A stretch of 64,000 nucleotides of DNA from Candidatus Micrarchaeota archaeon (GTDB lineage Archaea; Micrarchaeota; Micrarchaeia; Norongarragalinales; Norongarragalinaceae): positions 32,001 to 96,000 of the forward strand of contig JACQQD010000012.1 of the NCBI GenBank assembly GCA_016207165.1, given 5' to 3'. A program made the position numbers and the translations under genes. The notes beneath the pieces are model-generated. The model was not told where the DNA came from and searched no databases. It worked only from the letters and a program-made list of their open reading frames with translations. This document shows positions 1 to 10,247 of this stretch, piece after piece. Position 1 is the first letter of the stretch. Each line of letters begins with the position of its first letter.

Positions 1-154
1 GTTTTGGCGCAACGGGGGATGGGGGTCCGTAAACCGAGAAGAGGCGGCAAACCATTTTAAACACGGAAAGGGCCTATGGTAGACAGCGGCCCGCGTTCAA
101 CATGCACATGGGCCCATGCGCCGTTCAAACAGGCGGCGGCTTCAAGGTAACGAA

Positions 155-1900
155 ATGATTATTTTAGGCGTATCCAACACCAAGGACAGCGGGGCGGCGT
201 TGATCAAGAATGGCGAAATCGTGGCCGCCGCCAACGAAGAACGCTTCACGCGAAAGAAATTGATTCGGGCGTTTCCGCTGCACTCCATCCAATACGTGTT
301 GGAGGAAGGCGGCGTGAAGTGGGAAGACGTCGACGCGATCACCACCGGCGCCTGGAAGGGCTTGAACCAGGATGAAATCCTGATGGGTTTGGTTGAGGAC
401 GTGATTTGGAACGCGAAAAATGACCCGGAATCCGGGGCCATCATCATGCAACGGACGAAAGTCGCCGTTCAACGCGACGCCACGTTCAAAAAAGAGCTGG
501 TGGAGGAACTGGGGAAGCGAAACGTCTTGGACAAACTGCACTACGTCGATCACCACCTGGCGCACGCGGCGTCCGCGCATCACTGTTCGCCTTTCAGCGA
601 TTCGCTCACCGTGGTCATGGATGGGCGGGGGGACTTCAAGGCCAACAGCGTCTATTGCGTTCGAAACAACGCGTTGGAACTCGTGGATTGCAGCAGTCAC
701 TTGAATAGCTTGGGATTCGTGTACGCGTTTGTCACCCGCTACCTGGGCTTCACGCCGGACAAACACGAAGGAAAAGTCACGGGGCTGGCGGCGTTTGGCG
801 ATGCGCAAAAAACCGTCGACATTTTCAGGAAAATGGTTTCCATCGATGAAAACGGCCGGATTCGCGCCCACGTGGGGAAGTATTACTCGCCGTTTTTGAC
901 CGCCCAAATTCCAGTCATCGAAGAGGAGCTGGCCAAACACAAAAAGGAAGACGTGGCCGCCGGAGTTCAAGCGTGGTTGGAGGAAACGGTCGTGAAATTC
1001 GTGTCCTTTTTCCTCGAAAAGTACCCCATGCGCCACGTTTGCTTGGCGGGCGGCATTTTCGCCAACGTGCGAGTCAACCAGAAAGTCCGGGAAATTCCGG
1101 GCGTGGACAACGTGTACATTCACCCGCACATGGGCGACGGCGGGCTGAGTTTGGGAAGCGCGTTGGCGTATTGGTACGAGCACGGCGGGCGAACCGAAAA
1201 ACCGCTGGAAACCGCGTTTCTGGGGCCTGAATTTTCCGACGATAAAGTCGAAGAGACGCTCCGGAAAAGCTCGGAGGCGCTCGCGTACGTGAAGGTGCAG
1301 GACAAGGCCAAGGCCGTGGCGAAACTGCTTTCAGAAGACCAAATCGTGGGCTGGTTTCAAGGCAGAATGGAGTACGGTCCCCGCGCCTTGGGTCACCGAA
1401 GCATCCTGGCGGCCGCCACGGACAAGAACATCAACCACAACCTCAACCAGCGCCTGCACCGAACCGAATTCATGCCGTTTGCCCCCATGACGCTGGAAGA
1501 ATACGCGTCGTCAAGTTACATCGACTGGAATAAAGACCACATCAGCAGCCGCTTCATGACGATCTGCTATTACTGCCACCCCATCGTCAAAAAGCAGTCC
1601 CCGGCCATCGTCCACGTGGACAACACGGCGCGGCCCCAGATTGTGGGGCCGAAAGACAACCCCGACATTCATGCCCTCATCACGCAATATCATCGGCTCA
1701 CCGGCATCCCGACCATCGTCAACACCAGCTTCAACAACCACGAGGAACCGATTCTGTGCTCGCCGCAGGACGCCGTCGACAGCTTGCTTCGGGACAACGT
1801 CGACGTTCTGTGCATCGGCAACTTCCTGGTGGTTCCCAAGGGCAAGGAGTTCCGAATCGCGTCGGTATCCGATTCAACGGCCACAGACGGCATAAAATAG
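155..1900 (+). CDS. Carbamoyltransferase, NodU/CmcH/TobZ family
   Basis: Motifs EERFTRKK, HHLAHA, EGKVTGLAA, GRMEYGPRALGHRSILA and NTSFN; start placed at ATG 155 (MIILG). Confidence 0.93.
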   Translation: MIILGVSNTKDSGAALIKNGEIVAAANEERFTRKKLIRAFPLHSIQYVLEEGGVKWEDVDAITTGAWKGLNQDEILMGLVEDVIWNAKNDPESGAIIMQRTKVAVQRDATFKKELVEELGKRNVLDKLHYVDHHLAHAASAHHCSPFSDSLTVVMDGRGDFKANSVYCVRNNALELVDCSSHLNSLGFVYAFVTRYLGFTPDKHEGKVTGLAAFGDAQKTVDIFRKMVSIDENGRIRAHVGKYYSPFLTAQIPVIEEELAKHKKEDVAAGVQAWLEETVVKFVSFFLEKYPMRHVCLAGGIFANVRVNQKVREIPGVDNVYIHPHMGDGGLSLGSALAYWYEHGGRTEKPLETAFLGPEFSDDKVEETLRKSSEALAYVKVQDKAKAVAKLLSEDQIVGWFQGRMEYGPRALGHRSILAAATDKNINHNLNQRLHRTEFMPFAPMTLEEYASSSYIDWNKDHISSRFMTICYYCHPIVKKQSPAIVHVDNTARPQIVGPKDNPDIHALITQYHRLTGIPTIVNTSFNNHEEPILCSPQDAVDSLLRDNVDVLCIGNFLVVPKGKEFRIASVSDSTATDGIK

Positions 1901-1951
1901 GACGCCGACTCACAGAAGGTGCCGGCATGGCGATGCGGTGACCCAGGGAAC

Positions 1952-3178
1952 ATGACATCGAACGAATCCACGTGGGAAAAGGCGGTGGCGCTCTCCAGAA
2001 AGTTTTACCGCATTGCGTTTGCGCACGCCGACTTCCGCCACGGGGAACTGGGTAGAGCCGTTGACTTGATCTTGCAAGGTAAAGCCGTGCAAGGGCCGTA
2101 CATCGCCGAAGCCGAACGCGTTTTTTCGCCGTGGACGCAAAAAGAGGCGGCCGGCACCAGCAGCGGCGAAGCCGCCATTCACGCGGCCATCCAAAGCATT
2201 GGAAGAACCGGCGACGTCATTATTCCGTCGTATTGTTGTGGAAACGTTTACTTTGCCGTCACGAAGGCCGGAGGCCGGCCGCGTTACGTGGACGTAAACG
2301 ATTCCTACAACGTGGACGCCTCAGACTTGGAAGACAAGATTACGTCCAAGACCATCGCGGTGGTGGCGCCCAGCCTCTACGGGTTGCCCGCGGAATTGGA
2401 GAAAATCGAGGCGATCTGCCGCCGGCACGACGTGTTCATGGTGGATGACGCGGCCCAGTGCCTGGGGGCGTTTCGTCGGGGCCTGCCCACCGGAAGTTTT
2501 GGCGATGCGGGAGTATACAGTTTCGCCGGAAAGACGATTACGGCCACCGGAGGCGGCATGCTGGTGGGCAAAAAATCAGTGATGCTGGAAGGCGTCCGAA
2601 GCGCCGCGCCTGAATCGGCGTCCAGCGTCGCAAAGGCGTTTTTGGGCATGCTGGCGCATTACCGGTACCGGAGGCACGCGTTGCCGTTTTTGATCCTGAA
2701 AAATTTGGCCCGGCAGGCCGTTGGACGCACCACGCAGCGACGGTATGGCCGGATCTGCAATTTGGACGCCTTTTTGGCGGTCAGTCAGCATGCCGACGTG
2801 GATTGGGTCAACGCGAAGCGTACCCGGAACGCGTCGCTGCTTTGCGAGGCGTTAAACGGCGTCGTGGAATTGCCGCAGAAATCCCGTGGACACGTGTACA
2901 GCAAGTTCGTCGTGCAACTGCCGTTTCGCGCCAAAGCGGAAAGGACGCGGCCGCCGGAGATGGTGCGGTTCGTGCGAGAGATGGCCAAAAAAGGAATCGA
3001 GTGCGAGTGGTGCTACGTGCCCCTGCATTTGCGGTTTGGCGGAGGCAAGAACTTGGAAAACACGGAGCGCGTGGCGGCCACGGCCATGGCCCTTCCCAAC
3101 CACGTTGGCTTGACGGAAGGCCAAGTGCATCAAATCGCCAACGCCGTCAAGGACACGCTGAAATCCATGAACGCGTAG
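1952..3178 (+). CDS. DegT/DnrJ/EryC1/StrS-family PLP-dependent sugar aminotransferase-like protein
   Basis: VDDAAQCLGA, GSFGDAGVYSFAGKTIT.GGG with the PLP lysine, YVPLH, LPNH; start uncertain. Confidence 0.85.
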   Translation: MTSNESTWEKAVALSRKFYRIAFAHADFRHGELGRAVDLILQGKAVQGPYIAEAERVFSPWTQKEAAGTSSGEAAIHAAIQSIGRTGDVIIPSYCCGNVYFAVTKAGGRPRYVDVNDSYNVDASDLEDKITSKTIAVVAPSLYGLPAELEKIEAICRRHDVFMVDDAAQCLGAFRRGLPTGSFGDAGVYSFAGKTITATGGGMLVGKKSVMLEGVRSAAPESASSVAKAFLGMLAHYRYRRHALPFLILKNLARQAVGRTTQRRYGRICNLDAFLAVSQHADVDWVNAKRTRNASLLCEALNGVVELPQKSRGHVYSKFVVQLPFRAKAERTRPPEMVRFVREMAKKGIECEWCYVPLHLRFGGGKNLENTERVAATAMALPNHVGLTEGQVHQIANAVKDTLKSMNA

Positions 3179-3213
3179 CGTGGAAAAACCAAGTCCCTTG
3201 CGCCAGCCGCAGG

Positions 3214-3370
3214 TTATAGCAAACCGCGAAAGTTTCCCGAAACTTTCGCGCCGTGAAGCAAATTCGCAAAGCGAATTTGCTGCATGCAGCAAGTCGCCCG
3301 ACGACTTGCTTCATTTGCTAGATAGCAATCCCCGACTAGTTCGTCGGGTTACTTTCGGGGATTGCTATAA
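3214..3370. mobile_element. Palindromic MITE-like repeat, compound/nested copy
   Basis: Ends TTATAGCAA...TTGCTATAA, several internal hairpins and a CTAGATAGCAA junction like the copies at 4008 and 42379. Confidence 0.65.
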
Positions 3371-3422
3371 TAAGCGGTCTTTTCTTTGGATGTAAGAAAA
3401 ACGGAGGAGGCGAGATTTTTTT

Positions 3423-4028
3423 TTGGTGGACATCGTCGGGTACTGGAAGCGTCAAAGCCAGACGACCGAGCGTATCGGCGAGTACACGGAAGAAAAAGTC
3501 GTCGGATTGGTGACGCGCTTGCTTGGGCTTAACCCCAAGAAAACGTTGTTGGACGTGGGGTGCGCCACCGGAAAAATGCTCTCCCGACTTAGGGCCAGAC
3601 GAAAAACGGGCGTGGATTACTCGGAAAAGTACGCCAAGAAGGCGCGGAAAAAAAATCCCTCCGCAAAAATCGTGGTGGCGGAAGCGGCAGAGTTGCCTTT
3701 CAAAAACGCGTCGTTTGACGCGGTGTTGTGCCATTCCCTGATGCACTTGATGGATCCCGCGTACGCGGCCCGCGTGGTGGGCGAGTTGGAACGCGTGTGC
3801 AAGAAAGGCGGCCGCATCGTGATTGGCGACGTGCCGGATCCTCGGACGTACCCCGGAGGAAAATGGGTGTACCGGTTGCGCACGGAGGCGCTCAAGGCAG
3901 TCAACAAACCGCATTACACCATGTTTTCCCCGGCGTTTTTCAAAGAGAAGGGGTACGCGATTGTGGCGGGGCCGGTCAACGACCGGTACTACGCGTACAA
4001 GCAAAAGTACAGCAAACCAAGAAAGTAA
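3423..4028 (+). CDS. Class I SAM-dependent methyltransferase
   Basis: LLDVGCATG motif I, LPFKNASFDAV, RVCKKGG. Confidence 0.85.
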   Translation: MVDIVGYWKRQSQTTERIGEYTEEKVVGLVTRLLGLNPKKTLLDVGCATGKMLSRLRARRKTGVDYSEKYAKKARKKNPSAKIVVAEAAELPFKNASFDAVLCHSLMHLMDPAYAARVVGELERVCKKGGRIVIGDVPDPRTYPGGKWVYRLRTEALKAVNKPHYTMFSPAFFKEKGYAIVAGPVNDRYYAYKQKYSKPRK

Positions 4029-4103
4029 CCCGACAAAATAGTCTTGGTTTGCTGTCTAGCAAGACCGGCCTATTCGTCGTGAAATTTGCCGGTCTTGCTA
4101 TAA
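4008..4103. mobile_element. Double-hairpin MITE-like repeat
   Basis: Near-identical reverse complement of 42379-42475 except one loop; TA-flanked. Confidence 0.75.
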
Positions 4104-4128
4104 TGTCAACGCGTTTTTGAACGGGCCG

Positions 4129-4647
4129 CTAACTTTTCTTGAACAGCCAATAGAATTTGGCCAAAATTTTGCTGAACAGTCCGCCGGTGAGGCTGCGTCC
4201 GGCTTTCAGGCTGTTTTGAGCGGGGTGGGGGTTCCACTTGTGCTTCCAAGTGCCTTCGCCGGCCAAGTCCAGGCCGACTTTTCCGCTTTTGAGGCTTAAA
4301 TCCAGGCCGCAGTAAACCAAGTATGAAAACGCGTAGTAAGGACTTTTCTCGTCGATGGAAACGCCTTGTACGACGAGGCGGTCATCCAGGGGGTAAAGCG
4401 CCATGGAGCACAAGTACGTGCCGTCGGGAGTGAACGCGCCGTAGTAGGTGCGCGGGATGTCCAGGTCAAACGGCGGCATCAACAGCCCTTTTCGCTTACG
4501 GTATTGCCGCAAGTGTGTTTCGTGCTCGGAGTCGGGGATGACTCGGACTTGGAGGTTTTCGCGTTGGGCGCGGTTCACTTCGTTGCGGATGTTTTTGGAG
4601 ACGGCACTCAAATCCAAATGGCTTGCGTCCAGCACCAGGGTTTCCAT
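4129..4647 (-). CDS. GNAT/FemAB-like acyltransferase-fold protein
   Basis: SKNIRNEVNRAQRENLQV and C-terminal LDLAGEG..KHKW resemble FemAB-like/Acetyltransf_6 proteins. Confidence 0.55.
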   Translation of the reverse strand: METLVLDASHLDLSAVSKNIRNEVNRAQRENLQVRVIPDSEHETHLRQYRKRKGLLMPPFDLDIPRTYYGAFTPDGTYLCSMALYPLDDRLVVQGVSIDEKSPYYAFSYLVYCGLDLSLKSGKVGLDLAGEGTWKHKWNPHPAQNSLKAGRSLTGGLFSKILAKFYWLFKKS

Positions 4648-4653
4648 GGAAAG

Positions 4654-6087
4654 TCACACGTTGTTGTAGATGTCTTTGGTGCCGTCCAAGACGTCCAAGC
4701 CGCCGACGTCCGTTTTGCGGCCCAAGAGATGGTCGGCGGCCAAAAGCCCGGACTCGACGGCGTGGCCCATGTTGTTGTAGCGGTAGATGGCGGAGCGGCC
4801 GATGGATTGCAGGTTCTTGAATCCGGCGAGGTACTCCGTCACGGTTTGGACGTGGTCTTGGTAGCCGATGAAGTAGACGGGGTACGCGTTTTTCGCCCGA
4901 AGCACCGACGAGCCCACGACGCGTTGGGTTTGAACCAAACCCGATTTCTCAAGTTCATCTTTGGCGAGTTCAATGATTTGAGCGTCGCTTTTCCTCCAGA
5001 AATCGTCGCCGCGGAAGCAGTTGTACTCCACGGAAAGGGGGCACAACGGGCCTCGGCCCATGGCGTCGGAGAGGTTGCGGAAGTTGGTGATGCGGTAGGC
5101 CTGCAAGTCGTCGGAAATGATTTGCAGCCATTGGCCGTCAAACGGGTTGCCGTCCACCACGAAATTGACCATGACGAGGTCACGGAAGTAGAGCTTGGAC
5201 GCGGCGTCAATAACGTCTTGGGGCGGTTTTGGCTTAAGCATTCCGACGAAGTCGTTCAGCGGCAACGTGGAAATAAAGTGTTCACCGGTTACGGCATGGG
5301 TGCCGTCCCGCGTTTGGGTGTCCACGGCGGTGATGCGATCGTGCTGGTGGTGGATGCCGGTTACTTCGGATTGCAGGTGGAATTTCGCGATACCGGTTTT
5401 CTCCGTGATTTCCTTGAGGTGGTCGTACAGGTGTCCGGACCCGTTTTTGTGGTGGAAAAAGACGTGGCCGGCGCCGGTGGGCTCCGCGTCCGCCTTGGCT
5501 TTGGCTTTCTTGGATTGGTTCATCCATGCGTGAATCATCCGCTTCGCCATGGCCAAAAACGAGGGGCGCGAAAGCATGCGGTGCGCCCACTTGCGCTCGA
5601 TGTGTCCGGGGTCGACGCCCCAGAATTTCTTCTGGGGGCCTTCGTGAAATACCGAATACATTTTATCGCCGTAGTCGTTGACCATTTGATCCCGGTAAGA
5701 GGAGGGACGTGGTTTGGGAAGCAGGCTGCGTCGAAGAAAACTGGCGGCAATGGAGGCTTGTTCAGTGACCGGCAGACTCAGGAAAATCTCAGAAAACGAG
5801 CCGAACGCTTTGCCGCGAAAGTACTGCTTCGAGTTTTCGTGCAGGGAAAACATCTGGTTTTCTCCGATGAGCTTCCAGAAGTTGACGATGCGCTCGTTGC
5901 GCCGGATGAAGATGTGGGGGCCCAAGTCAAACTGGCAGCCCAGCAATTCCGTGGTGCGCGAGAGGCCGCCGACCGCCTGGCTTTTCTCGACGACGTCCAC
6001 GGGTTTTCCATGGATGGAAAGTTCATAGGCGGCGGCAAGTCCGGTGGGGCCGGCACCCAAAATCACGGTGTTCAATGGAGAAGTCAT
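4654..6087 (-). CDS. FAD-dependent oxidoreductase (protoporphyrinogen oxidase/UDP-galactopyranose mutase-like)
   Basis: ILGAGPTGLAAA FAD motif, VGGLSRT, FDLGPHIF, IGR..YRYNNMGH. Confidence 0.85.
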   Translation of the reverse strand: MTSPLNTVILGAGPTGLAAAYELSIHGKPVDVVEKSQAVGGLSRTTELLGCQFDLGPHIFIRRNERIVNFWKLIGENQMFSLHENSKQYFRGKAFGSFSEIFLSLPVTEQASIAASFLRRSLLPKPRPSSYRDQMVNDYGDKMYSVFHEGPQKKFWGVDPGHIERKWAHRMLSRPSFLAMAKRMIHAWMNQSKKAKAKADAEPTGAGHVFFHHKNGSGHLYDHLKEITEKTGIAKFHLQSEVTGIHHQHDRITAVDTQTRDGTHAVTGEHFISTLPLNDFVGMLKPKPPQDVIDAASKLYFRDLVMVNFVVDGNPFDGQWLQIISDDLQAYRITNFRNLSDAMGRGPLCPLSVEYNCFRGDDFWRKSDAQIIELAKDELEKSGLVQTQRVVGSSVLRAKNAYPVYFIGYQDHVQTVTEYLAGFKNLQSIGRSAIYRYNNMGHAVESGLLAADHLLGRKTDVGGLDVLDGTKDIYNNV

Positions 6088-6130
6088 GGACAGTGGATTC
6101 AACCTGGAAAAGACAACACCAACAACAAGA

Positions 6131-6171
6131 AAGTAAAACTTTATATACATTTTGTAAAGTAATCTTTACCT
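6131..6171. promoter_or_regulatory. Tandem 20-bp operator half-degenerate sites overlapping a TATA box in a divergent promoter
   Basis: AAGTAAAACTTTATATACAT (6131-6150) and TTGTAAAGTAATCTTTACCT (6152-6171). Confidence 0.7.
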
Positions 6172-6213
6172 ATCGGGCGTAGAGTTTGGAAGGATTTGGG
6201 TTAGTTTCAAGCC

Positions 6214-7632
6214 ATGGCAACGGAGCGAACCACATTTGTCAAGAACACGGCCCTGATTTTGGCGGCCAACGTCTTGGTCTTGGCCATCAGCTTTTTTTTG
6301 CGCCCCCTCATCGCACGATTCATTGGCCCTGACCAGTACGGCGTGTTCGCGTTGATTCTGACCACGTCGATGGTAGTCACTGCGTTCACCGCGTTTTCCA
6401 TGAACAGCGCCGTACTTTACTTCGTATCCAAGCACCACGGCCAGCGACAAAAAGTGGGCCAAACCATGGGCTCGGCTTGTTGGTTCGTCACCGCACTTTT
6501 TGCCGCGTTCTTCGTGCCGCTGTGGCTGCTGATTCCGGCGTTGGTCTCGGAAATCACGTGGTGGCCGTTTGCCACCGCGTACGTCCTTTCGTACGCCAGC
6601 GTCATGCTGTACCTGCTTCAAGCCGGCCAACAGGGCCTCGAAAAATTCAGGGACTACAGCGCCACCCTTTTCCTGTCAACGTTTTTGGCCGGCGTTTTGT
6701 CCGTGGGCGCCGCCTATTTCTTCGGCGACGCATTGGCGGCCGCCGCGCTCCGGGTAGCGGGACTGGCCGCGGTGGTCATCGCCGGATTTTCCATGCTGAA
6801 ACTCGCGTGGGGTTTCAATCGCACACCCCTCAACACGTTACTTCGGTACGCGACGCCCCTGGCCGTCGGCGGGTGGTTTGGATCCTTTTACGCGGTGGTG
6901 GACCGCTACCTCATCGCCCACTTTCACCCGACCGCGGAAGTCGGCTTCTACGACGTGTCGTATGCACTGGTCGTCGCCGTGATCCCGTTTGCGTCCACGT
7001 TTTTCACCGTCATGTCACCCCGCGTCATCAAGAACACGGAATCCTTTCCCACGTATTTCAAGAACATTTCGCGGGCCACGACGTTGGCCGTCACCGGGTT
7101 TGCCTTGGCGGCGTTTTACTTCTCCGACGTCATCGTAACCCTGTTGCTGGGTTCCGAGTACCTGGCGGCGACTCCCATGATCAAAGTATTGGCATTGGCC
7201 GTGCCGTTCATGGCGCTTTACGGATTGAACGCCACGTCGCTTAACGCCTTGGGTAAAACCAAGCTGTCGTCGGGCCTGGCGGTTTTGCTGTTGGCCAGCC
7301 TTCTGGCGCTCAACCTGTTCCTGGTCCAGCCGTTGGGCGGAGTGGGGGCGGCGTGGGCCACCGTGGCCGCGTACGCCCTGGTGACGGGACTGGGAATCGC
7401 GTACGTGCGGGTGAGGCACCGCGTCACCGTGCGGCCGGTGGCGACACAGCTAGCCCTGTTTTACGCGTTCGTGTTGGCGTACGGGTTCCTGGTCGAGCCA
7501 TGGGGTTTCAAAGCCAAGGCCGCGGCTTTCGTGGCGTTTAGTTTGACGACGCTGGCGCTCAACCGCGACCTGATTCAATCCGTGCTCGCCGACGCCCATC
7601 TAAGCCGGTTCATTGAAAAGTGGAAGCGGTAA
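6214..7632 (+). CDS. Oligosaccharide flippase (Wzx/MOP family)
   Basis: Many hydrophobic helices; ARFIGPDQYGVF and DRYLI...VGFYDVS motifs. Confidence 0.88.
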   Translation: MATERTTFVKNTALILAANVLVLAISFFLRPLIARFIGPDQYGVFALILTTSMVVTAFTAFSMNSAVLYFVSKHHGQRQKVGQTMGSACWFVTALFAAFFVPLWLLIPALVSEITWWPFATAYVLSYASVMLYLLQAGQQGLEKFRDYSATLFLSTFLAGVLSVGAAYFFGDALAAAALRVAGLAAVVIAGFSMLKLAWGFNRTPLNTLLRYATPLAVGGWFGSFYAVVDRYLIAHFHPTAEVGFYDVSYALVVAVIPFASTFFTVMSPRVIKNTESFPTYFKNISRATTLAVTGFALAAFYFSDVIVTLLLGSEYLAATPMIKVLALAVPFMALYGLNATSLNALGKTKLSSGLAVLLLASLLALNLFLVQPLGGVGAAWATVAAYALVTGLGIAYVRVRHRVTVRPVATQLALFYAFVLAYGFLVEPWGFKAKAAAFVAFSLTTLALNRDLIQSVLADAHLSRFIEKWKR

Positions 7633-7640
7633 GACCCGTT

Positions 7641-8405
7641 CTATCGTTTTTCGTTCAGCACAACGGAGAGTTCATGGGCGTTGGGAAAATTGATGAGCAC
7701 CGCCCGGTTTCTGCCCATGTATACGGCCATGCTTCCGGCGGCCACCGCCGACGCACCGGCGTCCACGGCTTGCTTGAAATGCATGAGTTCCCAGGCACCG
7801 CCGCAAGCGATGACGGGAATGGAGACGGCGCGGGAAACTTGGCGTATGAGTTCCAAGTCGTAGCCTTGCAGGGTGCCTTCGCGGTCAATGGACGTGAGGA
7901 AAATCTCGCCGGCGCCCCGCTTCTGCACGTTCAACGCATGGGCGGCGGGATCCAGGCCCGTGGGCGTCGTACCGCTGCGAGTAAAGACTTCGTAGCCGGA
8001 ACCGGTTTTTTTGGCGTCGATGGAAACCATTACGGCTTGCGCCCCGAACACCTCGGAGGCCTGCGTGATGAAGGAGGGGTTTTCCACGGCATGGGTGTTG
8101 ACCACGATTTTCTCGACGCCCAAGGCGAAAAGCCGGCGGGCGTCGTCCAAACTCGTTATGCCGCCGCCGTACGTAAGCGGCATGAAGCACTCGTCGGCAA
8201 TCTGCTGGATGGCCTCAAACGCAGGTTTTCGGTTCTCCCGCGTCGCGGAAATGTCTAAAACCACCAACTCGTCCACCTGCTTTTCGTTGTAAATCTTGAT
8301 GGCATTCACCGGGTCGCCGACGTAGTTGGCGTCCTTGAATTGGATGGTCTTGACGAGCCGGTCGTTCTTCAAAAGCAGGCAAGGCATGACGCGGGTTAAC
8401 AACAT
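7641..8405 (-). CDS. HisF-like cyclase (AglZ/HisF2, glycan acetamidino modification)
   Basis: RVMPCLLL..LVKT..F...YVGDP.NA, SIDREGT.QGYD, AVAAGS; lies in the glycan cluster. Confidence 0.9.
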   Translation of the reverse strand: MLLTRVMPCLLLKNDRLVKTIQFKDANYVGDPVNAIKIYNEKQVDELVVLDISATRENRKPAFEAIQQIADECFMPLTYGGGITSLDDARRLFALGVEKIVVNTHAVENPSFITQASEVFGAQAVMVSIDAKKTGSGYEVFTRSGTTPTGLDPAAHALNVQKRGAGEIFLTSIDREGTLQGYDLELIRQVSRAVSIPVIACGGAWELMHFKQAVDAGASAVAAGSMAVYMGRNRAVLINFPNAHELSVVLNEKR

Positions 8406-8409
8406 ACCG

Positions 8410-9036
8410 TCACGCCTTCCTGACGAAGTTTTCCAACAGCTTCATTCCAAACGAGTGGCTTTTTTCGGGGTGGAACTGGACGCCGAAGATGTTGCCTTTG
8501 GCCACCGACGAAGTGAAATCGTAGCCGTAGGGCGTGGTGGCGGCCACGTCCGACGGGTTTTGGCAGACGACGTGGTAGGAGTGCACGAAGTAAAACCGCG
8601 AGTCGTCGGGCATGCCCGAAAACAGGGGGTCTTCTTGCTGGATGGACACGCGGTTCCACCCCATGTGCGGGATTTTCAGTCCCATCTTCGGGTTGAACTT
8701 GAATCGGACGGTCTCTCCTTGAATCCAGCCCAGGCCCGGAAGTTTTCCTTCCTCGCTTTTTTTGCTCAAGAGTTGCATGCCGAGGCAAATGCCCAGCACC
8801 GGGGTCTTGTCTTTGAGGACTTTTTTGTTCAATACCGGGATCAGCCCGCTTTGGTTCAACGCCTGCATGCCGGAGTCAAAAGCGCCCACGCCCGGCAAGA
8901 ATAGTTTTTCCGCGGCCTCGATGACGGCGGGATCCGACGACACGGTGGCCCGGACGCCGATGCGTTTGAGCATGTTCTGAATGGAACCCAAATTGCCGAT
9001 GCCGCAGTCCACGATGACCAGCATGGGCTTACTCAT
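8410..9036 (-). CDS. HisH-like glutamine amidotransferase (AglY-like)
   Basis: LPGVGAF, GICLGMQ, PHMGWN, YFVHSY, QFHPEKS. Confidence 0.92.
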   Translation of the reverse strand: MSKPMLVIVDCGIGNLGSIQNMLKRIGVRATVSSDPAVIEAAEKLFLPGVGAFDSGMQALNQSGLIPVLNKKVLKDKTPVLGICLGMQLLSKKSEEGKLPGLGWIQGETVRFKFNPKMGLKIPHMGWNRVSIQQEDPLFSGMPDDSRFYFVHSYHVVCQNPSDVAATTPYGYDFTSSVAKGNIFGVQFHPEKSHSFGMKLLENFVRKA

Positions 9037-9089
9037 GGCAAGTACCCCATAAAACCGTCGCCATGGAATCGAAATCCGGTGTCTTCACG

Positions 9090-10136
9090 TCAGGTCAGCC
9101 CCTCATACGCTTGAATGAGTTGGCGGGTAATGGGTTGCCACTGGTGGTGCTTGAGCACGAATTTTCGGGCGCGCTCGCCCATTTTTTCCCGGTAGGCCGG
9201 ATCGGCCAAGGCCAACAGTCCGGCCAGGATTTCCTCCTGCGTGTGGGCGTTGGCAATGGGCGGTTTTTCCCCGTAGAAGCGTTCGCCGAGTTTTTCGTCG
9301 ATGTACCGCAGGACCGGTTTTCCGCAAGACATGGCCTCAAGCGCCACCAACCCAAAGGAGCCGATGTTGAACTCGTCAGCCAAGAAATCGGCTTTTCGGT
9401 ACCACGAAAGCATTTCGGCTTGGCTGAGCCAATTTAGAAACGTGACGTTGCGTCCGATGCCCAATTCGGAAACCAGCGCCTTGCTTCTCTCTTTATGGAT
9501 GTCCCAATCCACGGCAAACAACTGCGCATCGGGATGGGTCTTGAGAAATTCGGCGAAGGCCCTGAAGAACTTGTCGTTGCCTTTCGTCACCCAGGAATGC
9601 CGGGTGGGATAGAAAATGGTCAGCCGCGGGTCGGCTCGCGCGACGGAACGCGGCGAATACGTTTCCGTGTCAATGATTTGGAAGACGAATTCCGCATCCA
9701 GGCCCATCTTTTCGAACAACCCCACCTGATCCGGCTGGGAAAAAAGGAGGTGGTCGCACGACGCATACGCGCGCCGCAACAAGAAACCCAGCAAGGTATT
9801 TTCCTGTGCGAACAACCTCAAATCGCTTCCCACGGGTTGCGCGATGAACGGCTTCCCCAAGAGTTGCGCGTAGACGACGCGGCCCCCATGCGCGTGGATC
9901 ACGTCGTATTTCCGCGTGTTTTTCCAGAGCGTGTACAGCGTCTTTGCCGGGTTCTGGGGCCGCCAGTATTTGACCCAAAAATGCCGCTGGTCTTCCGGTG
10001 GCAGTTCCACATCGCTTGGATCGCTGGAGACCATCAACTCGCAGTCTACGCCAGCCTGCCGCAAGTATTTAGCGTAATTGAACGACAGGTTGCAGACGTT
10101 GCCCAGCTGAAGCACTTTCACGACCCATGCACCCAC
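9090..10136 (-). CDS. Glycosyltransferase family 4
   Basis: GSFGLVALEAMSCGKPV motif. Confidence 0.88.
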   Translation of the reverse strand: MGAWVVKVLQLGNVCNLSFNYAKYLRQAGVDCELMVSSDPSDVELPPEDQRHFWVKYWRPQNPAKTLYTLWKNTRKYDVIHAHGGRVVYAQLLGKPFIAQPVGSDLRLFAQENTLLGFLLRRAYASCDHLLFSQPDQVGLFEKMGLDAEFVFQIIDTETYSPRSVARADPRLTIFYPTRHSWVTKGNDKFFRAFAEFLKTHPDAQLFAVDWDIHKERSKALVSELGIGRNVTFLNWLSQAEMLSWYRKADFLADEFNIGSFGLVALEAMSCGKPVLRYIDEKLGERFYGEKPPIANAHTQEEILAGLLALADPAYREKMGERARKFVLKHHQWQPITRQLIQAYEGLT

Positions 10137-10171
10137 GCCGGCGTCTTGCGGCCGACACCACGCTCAGAGAA

Positions 10172-10235
10172 ATGTAAAGTTTGTTTTACATGCCCCTATT
10201 TAACGGTTTTTAGAGATGTAAAGTTTATTTAACAT
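10172..10235. promoter_or_regulatory. Two 20-bp operator sites flanking a TATA-like element in a divergent promoter
   Basis: ATGTAAAGTTTGTTTTACAT (10172-10191) and ATGTAAAGTTTATTTAACAT (10216-10235). Confidence 0.8.
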
Positions 10236-10247
10236 GGCGTCGCCGGT

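Noticed and set aside
4366-6162. 598-aa + strand ORF
   Set aside because: Antisense shadow of the oxidoreductase and GNAT-like genes; no motifs. Long shadow ORFs are common at this GC content.
7641-9036. hisF/hisH as histidine biosynthesis genes
   Set aside because: They sit with an N-acetyl sugar amidotransferase and glycosyltransferases, with no other his genes, which indicates the glycan-modifying paralogues.
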